A stretch of DNA of 64,000 nucleotides from Convolutriloba macropyga (Eukaryota), in the NCBI RefSeq assembly GCF_964194025.1, contig NC_134472.1, forward strand, positions 11,470,001 to 11,534,000. The letters are read 5' to 3'. The notes beneath the pieces were generated by a model. That model was not told the origin of the DNA. It did not search any database and saw only the letters and a list, made by a program, of their open reading frames with translations. A program made the translations under genes and the position numbers. Shown in pieces: positions 24,751 through 36,830 of this stretch. How positions within the stretch are numbered: the stretch's first letter is position 1; each line of letters begins with the position of its first letter.

Positions 24751-27700
24751 TAGAGTTTGAGACAACTTCTGCTGAGGGGACAAGCCCAAACATGTGAGTT
24801 GAGTGTTACCATAGTGATGAGGGGATATGCAAGTTTTGAACGATTTTTGCAACATGATTCAAAAAGTGCAGGATTCTTTCAGGAATCTTGCAATACATGA
24901 AACTTGCCTAAAAAATTAAAAAGATGCCTTATAGTTCGACGAAATTTAGAGAAAAATGTGTGACCTATTTTATCTGTTTTAGTATCGTTCCTGAATTGGT
25001 GAATATATTGACCAATTCAGGACATGACACCAAAATAGATAAAATACACGGATAAACTTGGTAAACATACTTTATAACACTTAAAGTTATTTCAATTAGA
25101 TATAGATCGTCTTTGTAGTAACTTTGGGCGCAATTGATCATTATGCCCAACTCAGCTAAAGTTAACGATGACCACAAACCAATTATGAATTCAAATTTCT
25201 TTTTAGTAGAAAAAAACTTTTAGTGATAAAAAAAACAATAAGATAGAATATTGGAGATATTTTGGGTAATTTGTCACAGAACTGGCAAGATTTCAGCACT
25301 GTTGTCCACACCCAACGTCACACTAGTCCAAACTGTTATTGTTGTCCACCAAAAACATCGGCGATAGCTAAAACATGTCATTTAGACCAACATGAAAGAA
25401 AACCACATTGATGATTAATTACAGAAATGTTCCTCGCAATCGTAATGGAAAATAAGGAGAGCAACAAGCAGTTCTGCAACCAACCATATCAATGCTCAAA
25501 AAACAATTATGTATCTGAATCATATCTCCACCAATTACTAATTACATTCCAGCTGAAAAAATGTAGACAATTAGCGGAACGATGATTTAGCATCAAAACC
25601 ATCTAAGTGGAATATTTTACATTGTAATGAATTATCTGTATGAAATAAAAAGATTATACCTTTTTTAAACGGAACATAAATGAACCAAAAATAAATGGAA
25701 AACTTGAGTTTGCTGATATAAGAGGTAAAAGATGGAGACGAAATTGGTGGACTACATTGGTGTTGTAAAAATATACAACTTTCATTTGGCTGGCAACATT
25801 CTGTTTTCAGTTGAAAGTATTTGACTTGACTATACAGATGCTGCAGTCCAATTATCTTTGTTCATCGAGTAGTTTCCTCTGACAGGTAAAAAAGCGTTTT
25901 CTTGAATACAATTCTTTTCTTTGGCAACAACAAAAGTAACGACCACTTTCTGCTCATCATAATGCAGAAGCAAGGGGCCCTAATGTCAAAATCACAATTT
26001 TGACACACTAAAAGGGGTTTGCAACGAGCTGCAAATAAAAAAACTTTCATAAAAAAATTTTTGATGAAAAAAAATTAATATGTTCAAACATAAAACTGCA
26101 AACTGTTAAACATATTACATTTTTGTAAAAGCAATAACAAAATTTTATCTGTTTTCACATGTTGAAAGCCTAACTTTTGGTGCCAGAATTGATATGAACA
26201 CAAAATACTGAACATTACATTTTGTTTCTCCGGTATTCTATATTTTCAAACTATCCTACAATTTCAACCTAACCAAATTATTTTTTCACAACTTAGAAAA
26301 ATTCTTCCCAGCATATAAAACGATCTAAATATTGGTGAGAAAAGAACTTTGAATTGAAATTCAAAGGAAACTTCTACAGACAAAAGAAAGGTTTTTGAAC
26401 TACAGATTTATTGTCAGGTTAAGATAAAATTGATGTAAAATTAAGCAAATTAATCTGAAAAATTTTTACATTGTCTTGGCGCAAATGTACCTAATTAGGT
26501 ATTCTTTCCAGATAAAAACTATTCGGTCTACAGACAAAGATTTTGAATAATTTTTTGCGCAATATTTTTTTAATAGCCTTGTCACAGACTCGATTCAGCA
26601 GTTGATCATCAAGGCATTCATTAAGAAACTATTCAATTTCACTGAATTGCTTTTTCCTTAGATAGCTGCTCTGACCGAGGGGAAAATTGAGCAGCCAATT
26701 TCCCTAAAAGATTGTTATAGTTTCAGGATTGCTTTAAAAGAAATGTCTCTCATCGCCTCTGTCTTGTTAATCAAAGTCAATAGAAATTTTAATCAACACT
26801 GTAGGAGCCATTTTATGCAACTTTTCAACGAGTTGCACCAAAGTTTCACCAAAATTTTCTAATGGCGAAGGCAGCCGATAACATTCTTCCACATCAGAGT
26901 ACAGATATTGTGTAATGAGTAGTGAAACTCAACTATTGCATGCATGCACTAGCTTCAATACCTCCATTAATCAAAATTTTTTAACCTATCTCAGCTCCTA
27001 AATATTTTTTAGTTAGAATATCTTGCGTCTTAAAATTTTGAAATAAACGAGTCAATTCAAAATTACCCATTCAAAAGCCCTGATGAAGCGCGAGGTTCAA
27101 TGCTTGACGTTCGTTTCAGAAGAGCCAAAAAAATATAATTTTTGCGACGTTTGATCTTTTTTGCAAAGGTAGCCTTTTTCACAAAGGACATTTTTTTTTA
27201 CAAATTATTGCGAAGTAGATACGAAAACGAAGTCTTAACTGTCAACATTTATCACCCCGGGCTTCTATTGCTTATTGCTATAGAATAGGTAATGTTCTAA
27301 CCAATTTGTATTAGTGCTTCCTTCGTTTTCTTCGAAAACAAAACGTTTTTTCAGTTGAGGATGTGGAGCTCTGATTATTGAAGTTTCCGATTTTAGGCCG
27401 AAATTATTCGTTTTACATTATTCCATCATCTTGCAAATAAAAAAGCCGTTCTTTTATCGAGTCGGTAATGCTGCCAGAATAGTCTCCATCAACCACCCAG
27501 TATATCTTCAGAAGACATGATTGTTTTCTAATTAAGTTGCTATCCTGAAAATCAAAAAATTTATCGAGCCAGCATATTCCCGCAGCAGCTTTTGTCATTA
27601 GTTCCAAATATACATGCATGTTGGTTTCTATGAAACACATATTGAAACTCTCCAGACATCGAAATTAATATTGCTTGGAGATAATAACTAGAAGATTTTA

Positions 27701-28205
27701 TGACATACCTGGTCTTTATGGAGGGTAATTTGCTAATCAATCAAAAATGCCCATAACTTTTTGAATTAAATTCATCTGTCTAAATTTTTGTCTCAAATGA
27801 CTATGTTTGAAATCCTTTCAGCATTTGAAGAGCGGGTTTCATCGCTCTTAGTGAATTAGTTTAAGTGTACAATTTCATATCTGAAATCAGTTCTAGCTGC
27901 CGTTCCCTGAGCGCTGACACGTTGAAATATTTTAAAACATTTTTATTATAAACACCCATCCTGTGAGATTTTCAAGTCAATTCACGCCACAACTTATTGC
28001 ACCCTCAACTTCGACACCAGTTGAAATTGTTCCATTTTTCAGATCACTACACAGATATCAGCGATTTGGGTGCTACTTCACATAGACAACCGAATTGATT
28101 CCATTACTCTCCTTGATGCTCTGGTACACAGCCAGTATCCCGCCTACAGCACGTCTCTGATCTTTATCGATATGCATGATTTTCAAACAAAACCAGCAGT
28201 AAATT

Positions 28206-28544
28206 GGGGCCAGGACAGTACATCGAAAGACGATTTTCAGTACATTGAAATTAATCAAAAACTATATTTAATAATGCGTTGAAACAGCAGGGTAATTAGA
28301 TTGAATACGCTTATGTGCATAATTTATTCGGTTGTGATATATTAATGTCAAGTCCCCAGGGACCCCTAAGGCATGGCAGGCCACAGCAGCTAATCTGGTG
28401 TTCAAAAATCAGTAAATAACGACTTAGCTGTTGTCAATTGGAATATATACAGCTTCTGTTCACTTTCTATCTGCTGTTACAATTCTTACAAAATTTATCA
28501 CTTTCGATCAATCTAGTGTCCTTTCGATTTACTGTCCGGTCCCC
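28206..28544. mobile_element. MITE-like element, same family as 1059-1404
   Basis: TIRs GGGGCCAGGACAGTACATCGAAAG / CTTTCGATTTACTGTCCGGTCCCC, plus the shared ~51-bp core at 28327-28378. Confidence 0.75.
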
Positions 28545-28752
28545 TGCAAACTCTTTCGTAACCGAACAATCTGCATTATTGAAACCGTTTTTGTTTTCGT
28601 TGTTGTTGTGCTAAATTAATACTCCATTATTTTGTATCAATTAAAATCTCAAGTAGTGTTTTTGTTGCTTTTCAAAATCAACTGAACTTTCTAACACGAT
28701 AAAAAATACATTGTTCTTTGAGGCCGAGAAAAATTGGCACATTTTCTCGCTT

Positions 28753-28920
28753 TATAGGCTGTCTATTAAGTTGAAATAACCGAAAGATTTGACATTTGAA
28801 TGCCAGTGCTTTTTCAACTGAAACCACGTCATCTGATTTTTAAACCTACATGCTAAATTTGAACTCCGTCCAGTTAATTTTTAAACATTCGCTCATTTTA
28901 ACTTTATGGGACACGCTATA
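28753..28920. mobile_element. Tc1/mariner-like MITE (TATAGC-TGTCCCATAAAG family), diverged copy
   Basis: TA-bounded TIRs; the reverse complement aligns with 36460-36670. Confidence 0.75.
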
Positions 28921-29246
28921 TATATTTAGTAGCAAATTTTATAAAACAGCAAGTTGAAGAACAAATATTACTCAAACTGAATGCGACCTTTCTTTGTTTG
29001 TACCTTTTCGCTCCTTCTTAAGCTTCAAAATGTGAGTTTGTAATTTAGTCAATTAAAAACAAAAATCAATACAAAACAGACAACTTGGAACACCCATTGA
29101 ATCATCTAGACCATGAAGAAAGAACAGCATAACAGCTTTTATAAATTTGAATATCACAGCGCGTGGTTTCGTCGTTTTGCACAGTTCATTGATGGTATAA
29201 AACAGGCCTAGACAGAATGATCGAACGAATGAGCACAGACAATCTA

Positions 29247-32200
29247 TCAGTTTACAGGTTCTAAGGCTTCTAACATAATGATGCTGTTTCCACGGACCAC
29301 GACCATGCCTGAAACAAAATTAATACTAAGTAGTTTATGCTATATCCATTATAATCCATTATAAGAGCACTGTCAACTACCAAATAATTTAATGCTCAAG
29401 ATTTTTGCGCATGATTTTGAGCGTTTTTTATTTCTCAAAAGGACCGTAATTTGAGGCACGGGAGATGACCCATGAATTTTACAGTCTGTCTACTCAAAGT
29501 TAAAGCTATACATATAACCGTAATTTAGATGCATTGACCTCCAGACACCAAAGCACAGGTTAATAATGTCGAAGTGGATGACGAACGGTTCAAAATCTAT
29601 GAATTTTTAAGCACTTAGCAAAGCCGATTAATTAAGTTTAGCGCATTTTAAAATTTAAATGAAAAAGGAGTCTGGCTCCTGAAACAATGAAAAATTTGGA
29701 AAATAAAATTTTAACAAAAACTTTGATCATTATGTTTTACTACTAACAGCAATAATTACATATATCAGACCTTTATTAACCTCGAAAGCGTCTATAGTAA
29801 CTTACACTGTATCGCTAAAAACGGAGTGACGTAGGTCAATTGTGAACATAGCCCGAAGGTTGCCGGAAAATAGCCGCCGTTGAGGCACTAGACGCACATC
29901 GGGATTGAAACAGTAAAAAGATATTGAAATTGACAAAACTTTCCTAAGTTTTCCAAAATTGTTCTAATTCAGCGTGCAGTTTCAGTTAGATTCTAAACCT
30001 ATACTTAGTTCAGCTTCTAAACTGAAGGGTATTAAGCTTAATACTAACACCAGCTAGCAATCGCTCTATGAACTTTCATAACCTAATGCACTATGACTTA
30101 ATGACAGGGCTTCATCGGTTTATTCCGTTTCTTTTGATTTTGCTCTTTTGACATTGACCGCACTCACTACATTGCGTAATTCAATGCGTGAAAGACTTTA
30201 GAATCCATTCACTTAAAACAGTGAGTGAGGTACGTCAGAAGTCAAACGTGAAAAACTTGACTTATGTAAAAACGAAAAACGTTATCAAAAGGTAACGCGA
30301 ATTAAAAATCCTAGCAGGACAAGACCTGAAATACAATTCAAAGAATTGTTTTAGTTTATGACCTGATAAACAATAACTCCGCCTTAAAAGGCCAATGAGA
30401 GCTGTTAGTACTGAGAAAAGCAATAAAACAGTACAAGAACAGCAAAAACAAGCAAGACTAAAAATTCAACTTTAATTTTTTGAAAAGACGGGAATAACAT
30501 CAATAAACAACTGCTATGAACTCTGCCAACTATAATCCTCTATTTCTCAATAGCAACCTGTCATTAAATGTCGATGAGCCCTCTCACTAATAATATTAAA
30601 TGATGACAAATAACCAAAAAACTTTTTGAAAACACTAAGTATAAAAGTCAGAACGCATCAGCCAATGAAGAATACAATTACATCAAACAATTGACTCCTC
30701 AATGCCCACCGTTGAGACTGTCATCAATGAGATTAAGTGATACGACAGCAATAGGTACAACAAATACAAGCAAAACTAAAAAAAATACAATAGGTGGCAA
30801 AGTCATGGAAAGCACCAGCGTTGAACAAAAGCAATTTAATCGATAAATTTAACGCCTAAAAGCAGCATCAGAGACCTGTACCCAATGAGATTAAATGATA
30901 AGACGTCAAAAAGTAGAATAAATACTTGCGAAACTCAAAAATTCACTAAAAAGTAGTGTCAAAGCTATGAAAACCACTCGGTATCAACTGCACCCATTAA
31001 TAAGGTTGTTTTATGCCTAATTAGCAACCAATCAGATCTGTCAATGATGATACTAAGTCATAAGACAACAGATAATTTAAAAAAGGGCAAAACCTAAAAG
31101 TCGATAATAATTCATGACAACAAATAAGGACAATATCATAAAAAGTTTTAGCTGTCCCTTAGCGAATTCAAGTAAAGGCAAATAAGCACTATTAGAACAC
31201 ATTTACCGTTTTAAAAGCACTGACGGAGAGGAAACTTTGAAAACAGAAGTCAAATTGACGCACCTGAAAAAAATTCCTCTCAAAAACCGCCAAATTGTTC
31301 AAACACTAGTTTCTCAGTTCACTTTAAAGGTATTTTGAAAAAGTCAAGCCTCAAATATGCTCGATTTTTCGCTACCTTTGCTATTTCAGTGTGACCAAAA
31401 TCACCAGTCTAATTTGACTTCTCACTGACGTGAAAAAGCCGAAAAAAGCGTGAACAGACCTTAAAAAAGACAGCGCACCAATAAAACTCAAATTGGTTGA
31501 ATTGTAATAAACATAGCAGGAGAAGTCCTGACGTACAGTTCAAGAAATTTTCACTGAGTAAACAAAAAACTAGACCTAGAACGGTATATGAGTGAATTGG
31601 GAAAAACCATTACCGAAAAAATCAGTTGAGAACAAAAAAAACAAAATCAATGTCAAAAAGCCGCATGTGAACAAAAAGCCACTAACGAGAAAAGGAAATT
31701 TAGTTCAAACTTGCTTTTTTGGTTCAATTCCTGTTTCGGCTTGACCAAAATCACAACTCGAATTTGACTTCAAAAATCAAGAAAAATTTGAACACATCTA
31801 AAAAAAATTTAAAAAAACAGCAGGACAAGTCCTGAAACACAATGCAAAGAAGTGAATGAAAAGCTTAGAAGTACTCTACCTGACCCGCAGATCAATTGAA
31901 CAAATCCACCCGAAACACAAACAAAATCATCAAAAAGTTGAGAAACTGAAACAATCAAACAAACTAAATAAAAAAAATACTCATTGCTAAAACTCTCGAA
32001 GCTTTCATTCCAAGGCAACAATTGATCCCTTTAAAAATACCAATTTCAAAATATGTCAAAACCAATTTTGTTTCTAAAATCAATCCAGGATTATATTAGC
32101 AAGACCTGAAAAAAAATTCATTGGCCCTTGAAGATCCATTAACTCAGAAAATAAAATTTTTAAAAACGAAATCAATTGCAAATTTAATGAAATGTTGCTG

Positions 32201-35200
32201 AAAATCTTGATTTAAAAAATCTTCAGAATCATTTCTGTTTCTCTATATGCCATCCAGTAACCCAGTTCCAAGCCTTTAAACATTCAGTGGCTCAAAGATC
32301 GATAGGCAATAAATTTTACAACACAAAATTTCAAATTTTGAAAAGAAATTCGGTCCATTAAAATGTTGAAAACCATTCCATTGCCCCCTAGCAACTTTGT
32401 AATAACTGGATAGAGGAATTTACCTGGATACTGAAGCAAAAAAAACTGAATAAAACAAATGTTTTCTAAATCTTGAAAAAAAATTGCAAAAACTATCAAA
32501 AAGTTTCTAAAATTCGAAATGTTAAATTGTTGAAAACAATTCTATGGACACTAACAACCAAGCAGTATCTTCTTATCATGTGTTTTCTCATCGCAAAACA
32601 CCTTCATCGACTTTTAAAAACTTCAACATAAGAATAATCAAACAAGAACCTAAAATATTTTTTTTAAAAAAAAATGAAAAATTGCAGCATTTTGAGCCCA
32701 AAAACTCCTAAAAATGACCTTTTAGCCTTAAATTAAGGCAATCCCAGCAGCTGAATCACTCTAAGCACTTGAAGAACCACTAAAGCCCATTTTGTGGGCC
32801 TCTAATAAAACTTAATGCCTGTTGGGCTTTAGCTGTTTATCCCGTTTTGAAAGATCAAAGTCATTGAAAATATGTGACATCTTAAAAAAACACAGCGCTC
32901 CAATACAATTCAAATTCTTTGAATTGTAAAAAGAAGACGCCTAAATAATAGCCGTTTGAGAAGCTGACGGCTGAGAGGCTGATTAATAAAAGACTAATCT
33001 CACAAGGTAGTTAAAAATGTGTTTAGCAAATTACCTCGCACATGAAATCAGAAAAACCAAAAAAATGGGATGAAAGGATCAAATAAATTGCTTCCTTGGG
33101 GTTTGCAGCGTGACAAAATGCAAAACGGCAACACCAGTGATGAAAAATACTGCAAACTGGTGCACGTCAAAAAGACGATTTTTCGTTCAAAGTGTTTTCT
33201 TACTCTACTTCAAAATTAAAACAGAAATATTGAAGCTACAAAACCACTCGCTTTTCGCCCCATGGCTTATTCCGGCGTAAAAAAACCATTACTCTAGTTT
33301 GACTTCAAATATCATGAAAATATATTAACAGATCTTAAAATGTTTATAGTCAGCGCCCCAATACAATTCAAATTCAGTGAATTCTAAAAAAAACAAGTAC
33401 CACAAAACCGCTATACTCTTCGAACATACAAACAAGCGCCATGTACGTTAAGGTAAGAGTTAGACATTGACCATTAAGCAGAGCGAATAGAAAAGTTAGA
33501 GCTCATTGCTAGCCTTTCCGTTTATTTAAAACGAGATGCTAATTTCTTATATTGAGATTTTATAATGATCAAAGCTTTTATTATACACAAAAACAAAAGG
33601 TTGAGCTGAAAAAGTCAACGACTCTGAACCTCAAATCCGTCGGACGAAATTAGCATTGAAAAAAGCAACAACACCTGAACAATTTCTAAGAAAACTTTCG
33701 CGAAAAGCAAACTAATTTGGAGAATAAAAAAGGTCTTAACATTAAAGGTCAAAACTTTAAAGAAAATCACACTTGTTTGAAACAGTGTTTATGCAACAAA
33801 CCGCTTGATCCAACTGCCAAGTACCCACATTTGAATGCTAATATTGACTTCAAGACAATGTGATAACAACTAGGCAGTTCATAAATTAACTTGCGCCTAA
33901 TCACCAGAAACGACCCCTAAAATTGATTTCTAGAATATCAAAAATTTAACGCAAATAGAAAAATTTTTGAGCTCCGAAAATTTCGGTTGCTTTTATGAAT
34001 TCATGCATCAAAATTGAATAAAAATAACTAAAAAATCTATATGCCTCAATTAAAACCTGATCAATTTAAACAGCCTGACCAACACAGAATTTCAAAGATT
34101 TTTGCACAAAAATTCGAAAAAAATGATTTATACCATTGATAACTACAGCCAGTTGTTAAAAATTTAGCAACGGATAACTTAAAACATTAGGATGGACTAC
34201 ATTCCTCTTTTAAAAGTAAAAGGCCAAGAAAAATCTTAAAACTCTTAAATCTTAGAAAGATCTTAAAAATCGAGAAAAAAATTGAGACAAAAGACGAGAT
34301 TAACACACCACACCTTGAACACTTCAAATATCTCCTCCTGAATGCCGTCCAATGAGTCTTTTTAAAAATTTATAAGTATTACTTGGAAAATGCAAAAGGA
34401 ATCTATCTGACAGAACACAATTTTGCTAAAATAACGTTTGCTACGTTATTTTAATTCTTGGCATGTTTCACTTTTCTTCAGATAGTATCAAAAGATTTAT
34501 ATACCATTATTATTATTATTATTATTAAAATCTCAACAGTGCCGGAAAATTTAAACAGAAAAGTTTTGAGTATTCACCTGCATAAAAGTTCAGATGATAT
34601 TTTTATAGATTTTGCAGAACATAAAAAGCGAATTACAGTAATCAACACTTGATACCATTAAAAGCCTCAATTAGGACTCTCTCGATTAACTCAATTAGGA
34701 CAGATGGTTTAATTTGATATACCACGGAAAGTGATTCATTCAAATAATATAACGAGACCATTAAACGTCCATTGAAGCAGTTTCGGTTGAATCCGAGCAA
34801 CGATAAGCACTCTGATACTTGCTCGTGATATTAGATTCCAGAAAAAATCTAGTCAGATTTAACTGGTTTTTAGATGTGTTTTTATGTTCATTTTCTTAAA
34901 TCCAAGCTCATCAGAACTCCATTCCGAACTCATCTAAACTTTGTGAATTGTGAAGCGATACTACTATGCGCAAGAAGTGTCTTCTACACCCAGCATTCAA
35001 TTAAAATCCTGAACCGATTAACGTAGGATGAATTCCTCTCGAATGACAACCGGGGGCAGTCCAAACTAGGGGTGTAGCTCAGAAAATTTTCTATGGGTGC
35101 AAAAACTCCAACCTCATAGGGGCGCGAAGTCGCGACCTCCAGGATAGCAGTCTGCCATTTTAACCAGTTACCTACAACAGCTTTAATACTAAACAGCTAA

Positions 35201-36283
35201 CAACGAATTTTATATTAGCAAAAAACAATAAGACCAATTGAGATAAGTTAAAAATGAAGACAAGGGTGAAAGTCACCTGAGAGTTCAAAGAATCTTCGAG
35301 TAGATTTGGCATAAAAGACACACGTTTACAATACAATAATTGCCTCAAACTTTGTACGAGAGCAGTTAGACAAAACTATTTGCAGGAGGGACTCGTATGC
35401 ACAGCTAGAAAAGTCAATTCTGTAATTCTCACTTAAAAAATCCCGCTTTACATGTTAGCTCTCTAAAAATCTGATGCTGTTGACTAGGGAAGATAATTTA
35501 GTGAAATAAATAACCCAACTAGGTGTTTAGAAAATAATAATATAACTAAAAAAACTGATGTCGTACGAATTGCTCTCATAAGACGTGTACGGCGCGTATT
35601 TATATTCTAGAAAAATTAACTGTGCAAAAAAGAGGAAGTTTTTAACCTGCTCCAGGCATTCGGGCTTTAAATAATGAGTTCATGTGCGGCCAAACAACTC
35701 ATTTAAATTAAGCTATGATAGGATAACCTAAGCAAATAAGATTTGACTATTATTAATAGTGATCAAACCACATTTAGAGGACTCGGCAAGGTCTTAGAGG
35801 CATGAAATGTTTTTGCATGCAATGATTTAGCTGGCGAAAAAATTGAAGAACAGACTACAATTCTGGATCCGTAAAACAACACCATGTTTATTCCATGAAA
35901 CAAAGAGACTTACAAAAAATAACCTGGAGAACAAACTTTGTATTACTCTATCTCTAAAATAACGGGATTTATTTTAGTTTCACCCCGCACCCTCCAGTGT
36001 GTTGTCATATAGCGCGTACAGGGGACAGAATAGATTTAAAAAACCGTTTAGAACTACACGACAAACGACACGTTGAACATCGCCTAACTTTTACAAACAG
36101 TGAAAAATTACCAATATCAAATCTCTCTCCTGTCTTCCTTTCCTCTATGCTTTCATCCATCACAATATTCATGAAGGGGTCGAAGCCTCGCAGGATTCCC
36201 TGCACTTTCCTGCCACCATTTAGCTGCACGTTCAGCCTCTTATCCATGTATTTCTTCATTTCCGGTGGGTGAGCTTTCGACAT
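29247..36283 (-). CDS. SNRPG: Small nuclear ribonucleoprotein G (SmG), 77 aa, 2 coding exons
   Basis: Exon 1 is 36283-36112 ([57 protein letters not shown], donor G|GTAATT). Exon 2 is 29308-29247 (acceptor TTTGTTTCAG; [20 protein letters not shown]). Phases match and the Sm1 and Sm2 motifs are complete. Confidence 0.97.
30390..33400. repeat. Decayed tandem/modular repeats in the SmG intron
   Basis: CAATGAGATTAA-like motif at ~30725, 30883 and 31042 (period ~158). AGCAGGACAAG(A/T)CCTGA at ~30313, 31515 and 31819. CAGCGC-CCAATA-AA-TCAAATT at ~31471, 32893 and 33351. Confidence 0.6.
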
Positions 36284-36459
36284 TTTCACTACCTGAAAAT
36301 CAGAAATTTAGCTGAAACATGCCAGCAAAAATTTTACCCATTACCCGTTCTTCAAGAAATAGAAAATTTCTTAGCATCAGCGGAGAACATTCAATAACTT
36401 TACACCCTCACGGTTTCATAACGAATTGACCATAAACTAGAATGTTCTACCAAAGTAAG

Positions 36460-36670
36460 TATAGCGCGTCCCATAAAGTTGAAATAAGCGAACGTTTCAA
36501 ACGTCACAGGTTAGAGTTCAAAGTTCAATCTTTAAAACATGTAGAAAAATTTGATGAATGAAAGCTTAATGGACAAAACGTTGACATTCAAATGACCACA
36601 TTGATGGTCAATTGCATGTTTTCGTTGTTTTCGAACGTTCGCTTATTTCAACTTTATGGGACAGACTATA
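36460..36670. mobile_element. Tc1/mariner-like MITE between the RPRD and SmG genes
   Basis: TIRs of ~37 bp: TATAGCGCGTCCCATAAAGTTGAAATAAGCGAACGTT / AACGTTCGCTTATTTCAACTTTATGGGACAGACTATA, TA-bounded. Confidence 0.9.
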
Positions 36671-36726
36671 AAAATCGTTCAATTTAGTATACAGATTGTG
36701 AAAAACTAAAATTACCATTCGATTTC

Positions 36727-36732
36727 TTTATT
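36727..36732 (-). promoter_or_regulatory. Candidate polyadenylation signal (AATAAA) of the RPRD-family gene
   Basis: First AATAAA on the minus strand, ~100 nt after the stop codon at 36831. Confidence 0.6.
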
Positions 36733-36830
36733 GACCATAAAGGAATATTATCAAAACAAAGCCACAAACGATTAAAGTTTTGGACATCAAATGTAAATTC
36801 ATCAAGAGCACATAAAAATCAAACGTAATA

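Noticed and set aside
27080-27115. Hammerhead-ribozyme-like CTGATGA (also at 10885 and 12795)
   Set aside because: No GAAA after a closed stem II and no stem I/III pairing.
36005-36111. C-terminal part of the 94-aa SmG ORF ([11 protein letters not shown]...)
   Set aside because: Read-through into the intron; the real Sm2 end is exon 2 at 29308-29247.
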